In this document: positions 45,865-57,300 of the stretch, piece after piece
How positions within the stretch are numbered: the first letter of the stretch is position 1
Layout of the letters: every line of letters starts with the position of its first letter
Virus record (IMG/VR): IMGVR_UViG_3300028833_000068
Span: 1 to 64,000 of that record
Length of the DNA stretch: 64,000 nucleotides
Reading direction: 5' to 3' (one strand)
Source: a virus
Taxonomy: Duplodnaviria; Caudoviricetes
Notes under the pieces: generated by a model
The model's database searches: none
Told to the model about the DNA's origin: nothing
Seen by the model: the letters and a program-made list of their open reading frames with translations, nothing else
Program-made: the position numbers and the translations under genes

Positions 45865-48537
45865 TTAATTATTCATTATATTGAAAAAATTATTCCCAAA
45901 GTTTTCTAGTGCTTCTAAGCTAGTTACCTCACCAAGCTTTAAATGTTTCTCAAATGCTGCATTTATGCCTCTGTCTATATAAATATCACCTTCTACTTTT
46001 TCCATAGAAGAAATACCTAATTTATATTCTTCTTTAAATATTGGTGAAACATTTATTCCATTATATTCATTCATATCAGAATATTTGCTAAAATTAGAAG
46101 TTAAATCTTCATTTATAAGGTTTATTTCTGTTTTAAAAATAGCCATTGGTTCTTTAGTTATTGTACCATATGCATCATGTACTATATCTTCGGTTATTTG
46201 TTCAAGTTCATATGTATAGACGATATAACTAATTGAATGATTTAATGGATTATTTTCTTCACTTGGTATAATTAATCCATTTGTTTTTGTTCTTAATTGA
46301 TATTGAACTGGAGTTTTAACGAATTTAACCGTTTCATTATATTCTACTCCATAGTTCATATTTTCAGCTAATCTATAGACTGATTCGCCTTTATTTCTAC
46401 TTAATGTTGCTCCAATATAATACTTCATATCGCAATATAAAGAGTCATCAAACATTAGAGTATTAGCTGATGCTTTCATTTTAGATGTTGCTTGTGTAAT
46501 TGCTGATAAAGATGATATTTCGCTAGTACATTCAGCAGATGCATTAGTTTTATTACCTTCTATGTCTTTATAGTAGAATTCCATGTTGGTAATAATATTG
46601 CCTATAAAATAGTTTACAGCGCTATCTCCAATTTCAGTTATGCCAGATGTAAGTTTGAATTTTCCTATTAATGAAACGTTCCCAACTTGATATATTGGTT
46701 CTAGTTCTGTTTCTGCCAATGGTTGATGGTTGTACTTATTATTGTTAGTGATTTTATAAATGCCATTTATCTTATTTCCAACGTCATCAACTAATGTATT
46801 GGTGGCTGCTAAAGAAGCGAGTTTTGATGATGTGCGTCCAGTTAATTCTGCTGCATTATAAATTATAACATTTTCATTATATGCATCAAACAATACTTTA
46901 TCATCACTTTCATTTATGGTTGCTTTTTCTGTTTCATTTAGGCTTTCGTCTAATATTGATGTACCTGAGACATAATATATATGTCCATCATTATCATAGC
47001 AATAGCCATCAATTCTTATATAGTCAACACCATTGATAGTTACTCCACTGTCTTCTACTATTAAAGCATTTCCATCATATGTAATAAAACTCAATTCATT
47101 ATCGTTTGGTTTTCTTCCATATTTCGTGTCAAAGAATGGAAAATGATAGGAATTGTCTTCTATAGACCATTCACCATATGTTTTTTTACCATTAATTAGG
47201 GTATATGGTGTATTCGTTTCTTTTTCCCTATAAACAAAGTATGTCCTTCCACTTAAGTAGTCATTAGGTACACTATATGTTCCATATTCAGTCTTCTCAA
47301 CTTGAATTATAGTGTTGCCTAACAATATGGCATCTGTTTCAATTATAGAATAAGATTCGCCACTTGACATTGCAGAAATCACATCACCGCTAGTGCTTGC
47401 ACTATAAAATCTATCATCATTATCAAAAGCATAGTATGTGTATGCGCTAGAAACAAATTCTTGTGGATTAGCGTTAATATATAGTTTGGTGTAATCTTCC
47501 CATTCAAAACTGTTATAGAATTTATCCATATAGTATTGTGAGAAACAAAATCCCATACCTCCCTCATTTTTAAGAATCATAGTTTTCCCATCTACGATTA
47601 CGGTAGTGCCGCCTTTTGTGTTCCCACTCGCATTATAGTCAATCGCCCCACGATAATCTATTCCTAATTCATATTCTGGTGACAGTATTGAATATTCTCC
47701 AATATTTTCTAAAGAATTTTCTAATTCGATTTGGTCTATTAAACTTGGAATTAGACATTTCCTAAGTGTTTCATCATTTTTGACTTTAGAGTTGTTTATT
47801 GCAATATTGTCTTGAACAGCATTATACCATTCAAGCATTGAATCTAATGTTCTCTTGCCTCCACGATTAAAATACTCCTCGCAATCACAGCAATCTGTTA
47901 TACCACTGTTTTTACAATTCCAATGCTCAGTGTCACCACTTGTAAAGTTTGCTTCAGTTTCATAATATTCTCTTTGTTTAAGCCAGCCAATCCATTTAAT
48001 TACATCTGGATAAAACAACGTTTCTGTTTTCCAATATTCTGTGTACCCACTTAATATTATATATGTTGGTATCACGTTTTTACACAACCATTCATAGAAA
48101 CTATTCCCACCAATTTCATCAAATTTTGCATCTAATTCTTCATATGTTTCTATTTCATTTCCATATATCAATTCGTCAGAATATCTTGTTTTGATTTCAT
48201 AATCATAATATTCAGTTGCAGAAGAATAAATTTTACCACAATGCCCAGCATCATTAAGCAAATGATAATACTTTCTAAAGAAAGCATACCATTCACTTAT
48301 TCTTTCGAATGATATAGTATCTGCACTATTACATTCAAGATTATAATTCTTAGATTTGAAATTGCTAAATGAGAAAGATAATGGTATCATACCATAGTTA
48401 CTAGGGTATTCATATTGTCTTTCTTTGATAGAATTGTCATCGAAGAAATATAATTTGTTATCTTTATATGCTGGCCATACACTAGGTAATCTGCTAGTCA
48501 TTGGCTCTAATGAAATTGTTTTTTGTATTTTTTTCAT
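45865..48537 (-). CDS. putative virion structural protein
   Basis: Context; 890-aa ORF. Confidence 0.6.
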   Translation of the reverse strand: MKKIQKTISLEPMTSRLPSVWPAYKDNKLYFFDDNSIKERQYEYPSNYGMIPLSFSFSNFKSKNYNLECNSADTISFERISEWYAFFRKYYHLLNDAGHCGKIYSSATEYYDYEIKTRYSDELIYGNEIETYEELDAKFDEIGGNSFYEWLCKNVIPTYIILSGYTEYWKTETLFYPDVIKWIGWLKQREYYETEANFTSGDTEHWNCKNSGITDCCDCEEYFNRGGKRTLDSMLEWYNAVQDNIAINNSKVKNDETLRKCLIPSLIDQIELENSLENIGEYSILSPEYELGIDYRGAIDYNASGNTKGGTTVIVDGKTMILKNEGGMGFCFSQYYMDKFYNSFEWEDYTKLYINANPQEFVSSAYTYYAFDNDDRFYSASTSGDVISAMSSGESYSIIETDAILLGNTIIQVEKTEYGTYSVPNDYLSGRTYFVYREKETNTPYTLINGKKTYGEWSIEDNSYHFPFFDTKYGRKPNDNELSFITYDGNALIVEDSGVTINGVDYIRIDGYCYDNDGHIYYVSGTSILDESLNETEKATINESDDKVLFDAYNENVIIYNAAELTGRTSSKLASLAATNTLVDDVGNKINGIYKITNNNKYNHQPLAETELEPIYQVGNVSLIGKFKLTSGITEIGDSAVNYFIGNIITNMEFYYKDIEGNKTNASAECTSEISSLSAITQATSKMKASANTLMFDDSLYCDMKYYIGATLSRNKGESVYRLAENMNYGVEYNETVKFVKTPVQYQLRTKTNGLIIPSEENNPLNHSISYIVYTYELEQITEDIVHDAYGTITKEPMAIFKTEINLINEDLTSNFSKYSDMNEYNGINVSPIFKEEYKLGISSMEKVEGDIYIDRGINAAFEKHLKLGEVTSLEALENFGNNFFNIMNN

Positions 48538-48542
48538 GTCTT

Positions 48543-51530
48543 TTATTCACCACATTTTTTATCGTGAGATGGGAACTGACTTGTATTAACATTTATTTTC
48601 GCTGTAGGTTGTGTTCCATATGTCACGCCTTTAAGAATATTAGTTCTTGTACTCAAATCAATATCAGCTGGTATTTTACCTTCATTGAATTTCATTTCAA
48701 ACAAGTTCATGGTTATATTTCCATCTTCTACTGTTACATACCTACTATCAAATACATATCCATATTCTTTATGTTTAAAATCATATACGGCATATAATGG
48801 AATATACATTTGTTCATTCGCATCTTCTAGATTAGTTCCGTTTTTAAGAACATCTAAATCTGCTGGCGTTAATGCTGATTCTGGATAAATATAGCCATTA
48901 GAATCTGCGTTTTCGCTCCATAGCATTGGTATTGTAAATGGAATTATGTGTCCTATTCCAGCATGGTTAAATTCAACTTTCATATAAATAGGTTTTGGTG
49001 ACAAATTTTCTGAATATTCTCTAAAGATATACAAATAATATCCCTCTGATGAAGTATCAGTTTCGTATTTATTCTTAATGATAAACTCAGAACCTATTCT
49101 ATGGTCATCATCAATTACTAAATCTTCATAATTATATTCTGTTTCATCATCAATTTCTCCGTTGTAAAGCTCACTATTTACTGAAATTTTGTTTCTGAAT
49201 TTTACTTCATCATTTGAATTAACTGCTATAAAGTTATTTTCATTTTTTCTAGAATTATCTACATATCTTTTAAACATTCTATGTTCATCCATAAACACAG
49301 TAGATGTTGCCAATAACGTTTGATTTTGTTTATCAGTACTATCATAGAAACTTAATCTTAGAAAAGATTTAGCAATTTTTGATTTCTGATAATATACGTC
49401 ATTGTTTGTAAAATTCAAAAGACCAACCAAGTCAGAATGATTCCAAACTTTATTTAAAATAGACTTACTTATATCTGAATGGTTCTCAAATTCATAAGGG
49501 AAATAATCTGTAATGAACCAGTTCCCATCTTCAATAATTTTCCAATTCTCAAGATTTCTAGTTCTGAAATGAAGATTTATTCTTATTTCCTCTATTTCTT
49601 TAAAATCTGTACTAGAACCATTATAGCCCCCTTCAAATGATTTTGGTATATAAACATCCTTTTCCATGTCGATTATTGGGTTTATCGCCTCTTTCTTTTT
49701 TGCTTCAAAGAAATCTCTTTGTACGGTATCATCCAATAAAGGATTACCGCCTTGTGGCGCATTTAAAGATAAAGGAATATGTATATAACCATTATTTGTA
49801 TAAATGGTAAAATTATCAAATAAATTGAAATAGTCATCACTAGATATTGGAGTATTAGTAACATTAAATGCTAGTTCTTTGGTTATTTCCCTATTTCCAA
49901 AAACATTATTTTTACCATAAACAGAAAAATGAACTTGATTAGTTACCACATCATCACACATATATCTTGACATTTCATCTATAAATTCTTCATTATAGTC
50001 AAATAAAGATAAATATGGACTACAAATCAACATAGAACTTCCAATAATATTTGATACGACAAAAGTATATTCTTTTGGTAAATCCATCATAATATATTTT
50101 GTCTCACCACTTTCATTTTCTATTCTATATTTATTTCCATTTATTGTAACTCCGCTATATTGTAAAATATCATATCTAGCATCTCTAGCCACATAAGGGT
50201 TTGTAGTTGGACTTAATCCAATAGATTCTTCAATAGGTGTCATAACTTTGCCATAACGTTTTAATTTAAAGTTTTCTTCCTCTTTAATGATTTCCATTGG
50301 AACAGCTTCACCATCAATCATTACAAGACAATCTGCGCTTTCAGTCTTTCCATTAATATAGTCTATATCAAATTCACTTCCATTTATTATTGCTCTATCA
50401 CAAATATTAGGCTCGACTTTGTATTTTGTTTCCCCATAGATGACAAATTCTTCGTTAATGGTATGCATTTCCTCTGGATACCTCTCCTCAAAAGTTCTCA
50501 CCAAACACAATCTATCACCAATATTAATTGTATTCTCTCCATCTTCCAAATATATTGCAATTTCTTTACCCTCGTTTGCATTTAACACTTCATTCTCGAC
50601 AAAAAATGTAGTACCTTCTATTCTTACATAACACGTGTTTTCTCTTAATGCATCAAATGTTCTGCCACTAATCTCAATATCCTCAGTTAAAGCATCAACA
50701 TTTGTGTCGTTTGCATAGAATACTCTACCACTAATTGGAGATAAATCTTCAGACCCATCCATAAGATATTTTGGAATATCATAGTAAAAATAATCACCCA
50801 CCTTATAGATGTTTAAATATTCATCTTTATATTTTATAAAATAATAATACTTTACAAATGATATTGCTTCAAATGGTTCTTCTATGTCTTCTCCTTTTAA
50901 TAGTTTAAACTTAGTTACATAATCAACATATGGCTTAAATTCAATGTCCTCGCAAGCAGTTATTTCTGATGGAAAAAGAATTCTACCATCATCGAAGTAT
51001 TTTAGCCCTTCTCTTTCAAAATCATAAATATATTCATTACCATCAATAACAACTTTTCCATCTTCTATCCAAGCAATTGTGTCTATTGTAACTGCACTTG
51101 TACCACTAACAGATATTGATGTCTCAACAACGATATTCCCAGACTCAACAAGCCAATTATCAATTTGGAATGTATCAGCACTGTCAGAATAGTAATATTT
51201 ACCATTTAGAAAAATATATTTGTACTCAATTGTTGTTCCACTATCTTCGGTTGAATAATCAATTACAGTGCCACTATTTACTGCATATTCCTTATCAATT
51301 ATTACTGCATAGCCTTGGCGCTTAACATTCTTGCTTTCCAATTGAAGAATATTGTTTGGTGTAGATAGACTAGTGTTTGAGACAGCTAGTTTATTAAATT
51401 TCTCCAAGTGATAATCTTGAGAGGTAACTCCAGTAATAAAAGAAAGGTCTGAAGAAAGATATTTCTCCCTCCAAACCAACTCTTCAGCCTTTATATCTCC
51501 ATCTGTAAGTTTTATTCTGTAGTTTAACAT
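48543..51530 (-). CDS. putative virion structural protein
   Basis: Context; 995-aa ORF. Confidence 0.6.
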   Translation of the reverse strand: MLNYRIKLTDGDIKAEELVWREKYLSSDLSFITGVTSQDYHLEKFNKLAVSNTSLSTPNNILQLESKNVKRQGYAVIIDKEYAVNSGTVIDYSTEDSGTTIEYKYIFLNGKYYYSDSADTFQIDNWLVESGNIVVETSISVSGTSAVTIDTIAWIEDGKVVIDGNEYIYDFEREGLKYFDDGRILFPSEITACEDIEFKPYVDYVTKFKLLKGEDIEEPFEAISFVKYYYFIKYKDEYLNIYKVGDYFYYDIPKYLMDGSEDLSPISGRVFYANDTNVDALTEDIEISGRTFDALRENTCYVRIEGTTFFVENEVLNANEGKEIAIYLEDGENTINIGDRLCLVRTFEERYPEEMHTINEEFVIYGETKYKVEPNICDRAIINGSEFDIDYINGKTESADCLVMIDGEAVPMEIIKEEENFKLKRYGKVMTPIEESIGLSPTTNPYVARDARYDILQYSGVTINGNKYRIENESGETKYIMMDLPKEYTFVVSNIIGSSMLICSPYLSLFDYNEEFIDEMSRYMCDDVVTNQVHFSVYGKNNVFGNREITKELAFNVTNTPISSDDYFNLFDNFTIYTNNGYIHIPLSLNAPQGGNPLLDDTVQRDFFEAKKKEAINPIIDMEKDVYIPKSFEGGYNGSSTDFKEIEEIRINLHFRTRNLENWKIIEDGNWFITDYFPYEFENHSDISKSILNKVWNHSDLVGLLNFTNNDVYYQKSKIAKSFLRLSFYDSTDKQNQTLLATSTVFMDEHRMFKRYVDNSRKNENNFIAVNSNDEVKFRNKISVNSELYNGEIDDETEYNYEDLVIDDDHRIGSEFIIKNKYETDTSSEGYYLYIFREYSENLSPKPIYMKVEFNHAGIGHIIPFTIPMLWSENADSNGYIYPESALTPADLDVLKNGTNLEDANEQMYIPLYAVYDFKHKEYGYVFDSRYVTVEDGNITMNLFEMKFNEGKIPADIDLSTRTNILKGVTYGTQPTAKINVNTSQFPSHDKKCGE

Positions 51531-54355
51531 TCTATTTCTTTGTCTTTTACATAATTATCTTCATTTCCAACATATAGTTCAGCACCTCTTATATCGCCAT
51601 ATGAATATAATCCCCACACCTCATATGGGTCTTGTCTCTTAACATAAATATCAACCCTTTTATTAATATAGAATGCGCCATTTGTGAATGGATATTCTTC
51701 AATAGTATCATCATTCATGTTTAGCCCATTATTGACAATGTTACGCCATATTAACCTACAAGTTCCATCCTTAAGTATTTGCGCATAACTAGGAATATTT
51801 AAATTATCCATCTTGAAAACCTTAAATTCTCTTAATGGTCTCATTCCTCCTTCATCGTTTTTGAAAACTTCATTTGGAGTTATGAATTTTCCGTTTTCAT
51901 CATATGCTTTAAACGTATATGTATGATAATCGTCATCCTTACCCTTAACAGTTATACAATGATAATATTTCTTTTTGGTTTTGTCATATATCACAGTCTT
52001 ATCACCAATTGAAAGATAATGATATTGGAGTGTTGTAAATTTAGTGGTTTCACCTCTGATAACTAAACTAACAACACTTAAGAAATCTGGCATAGCTGTT
52101 TGCAGTTTATCAAACGATTTAATTTTTATCTCATAATGTGGATTATAATAATAACCCTCATGTTTCTCATTACAAAGTTCATCATATTTTTGTGTTGCTA
52201 CCCTAAATTTACTTGCAGTGTCGTAATCATCAGACCTAATTTCATCGTGATAGAATTTTTCGAAGTACATTGCATCCTTGCCTTTATAAATTTTATTACA
52301 TGCTGCATCCTTTGATTCCCTTTGTGCTGTATTGAATCTATGCAGTATTGGCTGTATAACCCTTTCAATTGCGTGATATCCATCATAATAACATAAGTCT
52401 CCATAGAAGTGTTTATTAGCGCCAAAATCTATTTCAGTATCATCACTATCGAATACCTTATATCCTCTTGGTGTTGTTTTATCATATGTGTTATTATTAA
52501 TTCGATTAATTGAGTTAATATCATTATTGAATCTAGTTTCTTCACTAGTTTCTATACCACAAGTAATCTTACCAAAACAATGAGAAAATTCAACATTTTC
52601 ACTAGTTATCATTGTTTCACTCCAAGGATTTTCTGTATTATAGCCGAATCCATACCACTCTTTATATCCCTTGTTATTCTTAACAAATGTGAGATATATA
52701 GATGATAATGGTCTACCTAAATTATCCTTTAAATTAGATATATCTATATCATCAGTAAAGACAATCTCGCCAATATCATCAGAATATATATTCTTAGCAA
52801 ATGCAAGCCTTGAAGGATGGCTTTCAAAATCATATTTGCTATCTTGATATTCATCTATTACTTTACCATTATCTTTATATAATGCGTATTCACTTGAAGT
52901 ATCGGCACTTGCAAACTTGAAATTTGGTATCTTTGAAAATATCCTTACATAATACTCACATTCTATTCCACTAACAACTTTCTTATATGACAATTCTTGG
53001 GCATCATCATCTAAGTTAACGTATTTATCTTCTATCACATAATACTTATATCCATCCTCTTCACCATTCTTGATATAATATAAGCCATTGAGGACATATG
53101 TATCATCATTAATGTTAATTGTGGAATCTTCACTAGACACTTCCATCCAATTCTTGCTTATTTGAACATCTGAAAATACGATGAATATATAATCATTTAC
53201 AATGGTTGTAACCTCCGCATTCTGCAAGATTAACGAGGTTTCTCCACTTATAGTATTATATATATTGACATAATCACCTTTGGATAAACCATGTTTTGCA
53301 ATGCTATATATTACCAATTGTTTTACACCGCCATCTGACACTGTATTCTCATTGAAATATAATACCTTTAATGAGTTATTATTGGGTTGTATAATATCAG
53401 TAAATGGTTCAGTAATTGATGAACTAGGATAAGTTAGACAGTAATTCCAATTCTTCTCTATTCTATTTCTATAAGGATTGTATTTAGGAACGAATGAATA
53501 TAAACTTCTATCTGGATACATATCAACAAAATCACCACCGTTCATATACATTATAGGTTTGTTGATTTGCATTGGGAAATCATCATTCCAAAAATCTTTA
53601 TAAGTTGATATTTTGGCTTTATTTTTAAAACCAACCCAACCAGTAAAATTATTTATTAGCCTATTTTCAACACAATCTTCAAATGAATATATATCATCAG
53701 ATTTATAGACATGCAATTTGGTTGGAGTTCTACCTTTATTAACAAAACCACTATCAACTGGATAATATATCCTTTCCTTTACTCTTCCACCCTCAGCATT
53801 ACGCATATCATCCCTTATGGTATTAAAATTAGCAATATCAGTTGTATCTGAGCCTTTACTGCAAATAGCCTTAAATGTATTACTTCTAATTAAATGATTG
53901 TTAAAAATGTCTTTTCCACAATGATAAACATATTCATCATTAGTAATTTGAGTGTCTCTAATAAGTTCAAGAGTTCCAAAATTATTATTTACCCAACCAC
54001 TAATAGTATTATTTTTGTAATATATCTTATCACTAATGACATCTTCATCATTTGCAATCTTTCCACTAAGAACCTTGTAATTCAGAAAAGACACCTCGCT
54101 ACTGCCCTCATCCTTAACAATCTCAGTAATAGAGTTAAAAAGAACATTTGTACAAACTGGATTAACTTGACAAGTTAGACGTATTTTGTTGCAATTTTTA
54201 CGTTCTTCATTGTAGACATCGCTCTGACTAATAGTTTCAGACATGTCAGTTGTGGGTAAAAGTCTCCTTTTACCCACAAGTCTGACGTTTAGTCCCTCAC
54301 TAGTGTTTACAGACTTCTTACTATTAAACCCTTGTAAAAATATTTTATTATCCAT
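51524..54355 (-). CDS. putative virion structural protein
   Basis: Context; 943-aa ORF. Confidence 0.6.
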   Translation of the reverse strand: MDNKIFLQGFNSKKSVNTSEGLNVRLVGKRRLLPTTDMSETISQSDVYNEERKNCNKIRLTCQVNPVCTNVLFNSITEIVKDEGSSEVSFLNYKVLSGKIANDEDVISDKIYYKNNTISGWVNNNFGTLELIRDTQITNDEYVYHCGKDIFNNHLIRSNTFKAICSKGSDTTDIANFNTIRDDMRNAEGGRVKERIYYPVDSGFVNKGRTPTKLHVYKSDDIYSFEDCVENRLINNFTGWVGFKNKAKISTYKDFWNDDFPMQINKPIMYMNGGDFVDMYPDRSLYSFVPKYNPYRNRIEKNWNYCLTYPSSSITEPFTDIIQPNNNSLKVLYFNENTVSDGGVKQLVIYSIAKHGLSKGDYVNIYNTISGETSLILQNAEVTTIVNDYIFIVFSDVQISKNWMEVSSEDSTININDDTYVLNGLYYIKNGEEDGYKYYVIEDKYVNLDDDAQELSYKKVVSGIECEYYVRIFSKIPNFKFASADTSSEYALYKDNGKVIDEYQDSKYDFESHPSRLAFAKNIYSDDIGEIVFTDDIDISNLKDNLGRPLSSIYLTFVKNNKGYKEWYGFGYNTENPWSETMITSENVEFSHCFGKITCGIETSEETRFNNDINSINRINNNTYDKTTPRGYKVFDSDDTEIDFGANKHFYGDLCYYDGYHAIERVIQPILHRFNTAQRESKDAACNKIYKGKDAMYFEKFYHDEIRSDDYDTASKFRVATQKYDELCNEKHEGYYYNPHYEIKIKSFDKLQTAMPDFLSVVSLVIRGETTKFTTLQYHYLSIGDKTVIYDKTKKKYYHCITVKGKDDDYHTYTFKAYDENGKFITPNEVFKNDEGGMRPLREFKVFKMDNLNIPSYAQILKDGTCRLIWRNIVNNGLNMNDDTIEEYPFTNGAFYINKRVDIYVKRQDPYEVWGLYSYGDIRGAELYVGNEDNYVKDKEIEC

Positions 54356-54368
54356 TATTTACTGATTT

Positions 54369-57300
54369 TTAAATGTTAGATTCTCCAAATGCAAACCTAT
54401 ATCTAATATTATCGTCTGTTGTTAAATAAACAAAAAGTTCAGTCAATCTTATGTCATCTATATTTATAACCCACTTATGACCAACAACAATTATTGGGAT
54501 TGATACACCGTCATACGTAATTGTACTAGCTTCCCCAATAGACAATGTTTGAGTAAAGTAATATCTTTGACTTATATGCATATAGTTAACATTTACTTCA
54601 AATACGATATTGGCACTTATTGTACCTTCTATTTTTCTACCTCTATCAAAAACATCTCCATATTGTGTGTGTCTTTTTTTGGTCTCATAAACATCAAATT
54701 GTTTAATTGTTATATTTCCTCCTTCATTTACAATGTTATACTCAACTTCTAAAGGTCCACAATAATAGAATTTGGTAAATTCATATGACACGATACTATT
54801 TTTTAACTTAGTTTCTCCCTTTGCAACATATTTTTTCTTATAACACATTCCAAGATAGTTTTCACCAGTCATATAATAGCTAATGTCTTTATTATACACA
54901 ATTAAACTACTATCAGTTAAACTGCCAACATCATATTGATAGACTAAGCCACCACATTGAGAATAATAGGAATCTATTAAAGCTTTATATGTATAACTTA
55001 TAGCACTAACTTCTTTATCACCTTGGCTGTTCTCATACATTTGCTGTACTGTTAAACCCTTACCTTTATCATTGTCATGCCAAGTCCTATTACTAAAACC
55101 ACGATTGCTTATGTGTATATTTCTAAACGCTCCATCAGAAATGCTAATCTCATGACCATTCATTGTTATGTACCCATCAGAGTTTTCGCCATAAGTGCCA
55201 TATTCCTCACCTTCATCTTTTTTTAAGAAGGATGGCTGTATAATAGCCGCTTTCCTTAATTTTTTCCACCATTCTTCTATCATAGATGGGTCATATGATT
55301 GTGTTTTTTTCATAAAGGTTAAATCTCCAATTGACACATATCTTGGTACAGACACATAAACATCATACTTACCATTGGTGTCTCTTTGATATTCAAACAA
55401 AGTTCCAATTTTTTCTATATAAACATATTCGGTTCCAGATGCACTAGAATTAGATTTAACATCATATCCATTAATATGATAGTTAAAGTGTCCATAATCA
55501 AGTTCTGCAATATTCTTTTTAATATTATAGTTAGGATTTGGCATAGTTGTTGACCACAATGGTGGTGGAACTAATGTTTGATTAAACTTAAGTTTCACAT
55601 CTAGAGTTTCTCCTCTTGATACAATTCCAGTAAATTCATTTGCTTCAAAATTTGGTTTTAAATTGATATTAAAACTACAAGATGAAACCTTTAATCGTAA
55701 TTCATTGTTTGCATCAATTTCACGGAAGTTGATATACCTCTTTGCTGGATAGTTTTCCCCACTAAACCAACCATTAACTGGACCACTAGTAGTATACACT
55801 AGTGCAAATTTTTCATCATCTTGAATAGTTCTATTTCCAAACTTATCGATATAGAACTGGTTACCTAAATAATTTTCACTAGATACAAAATAATTTACAA
55901 TATTTGCTGTACCAAGTTTAGCCTCATAATATCTCTTAATGGTAGTAAGATTAGAGCTAGGTGTCAAGATAGCATCTGCCTTATCTTCAGTAAGAACATA
56001 GTCATATTCATAATTATAATGTATCTCTTCATTAGTGTTTTCATCTATCTCAGTCCTAGATATAACATTATAAGTTTCATCCTCATATGACATTTCAATG
56101 CCATTATAGAAATACCCAAACAAAGCAACATTTTGAACCTTTTTATCACTTACTTCTTTTGCTGTTTTCAAATCTGCTGAGTCTACTGTTGGGTCTTCTG
56201 TAACATCAATTACTATTGGAGTATCATTTCCTCCACCATTTGGTCTTGGATTACCAAGTTCAATATCAACCCTCTCATTTGAAGTGTCTGATGAAAGTGC
56301 CTCAACTAGCTTTAACGGCCATCTATCAGGTCCAAAAGGTCCTAGAGCAACAAGGTCATAATCAAGTCTTCTGTCAACAAACATTGCCCTAAAATATGGG
56401 TTTGTATAGTGTTTGCAAATATCAGTGCCACTTTGATATGCTAGTGCTGGTACAGTTGTTAGTTCTTCATCGTCACCAAGTTCTTTCCATCTATTTGTTA
56501 AGTTTGGTGTTGCATTCGTTGGTATTGCTTCACAGAATATGTTACAATCTCCCTCATCGTTTCCATTGTACATGCCATTGCTTGAGAATGCCCCAAAGTA
56601 ATTACCAATATAATTTCTAATCTTTCTAATGTAATTATTATTTATTCTGATTGTATCCTTATATTGTTCTTTTGTTTCGTCATTATAGTTATACCCCACA
56701 ATATTTGGATATATGGCGTTAACTGTTGTTGAATTATTATCAGAATATATTACATTAGTTGAAATTAAATCAGTATCATCATAACAAGGTGTTAATGACC
56801 TATACAATGTAGGCTGTATACCACCAGTGGCAGTATATTGGAAGGTGTTTTCACCACCTCGTCCAACTACATATGTTGCTTTACATAAGTTGAACAACTT
56901 CTCAAACTTATAAAGAAGAATATTCTGTCTATTAGTCCAAAGTGTTTCTATTCTATCTTCCTCATCAGTTAATTGGGTTTCATCTACGAAACCGCCTATG
57001 AAATCTTGCCAAACTTTTGTTTCTCCAACATTTGGGAACACATAAGATGCTGGGTCTTGTACATCTATCCAATGTTTTAATTGCGGCATATAATTAGTAG
57101 AATCATAATTCGTAACTGGTGGATAGAAATATTCATTACCCTTATCTATCATAAATTTAACTGGCATTGTATTCAGATAAGCATAGAAGTTTTCGCCATT
57201 ATCAACAGTAACAGCTTGTGTTGTGATGTTTGCTGAATATGATTCTTCATCACCTTCCATTTCTTTACCATCACAAATCTGTGCAATCTTAATATCAAAC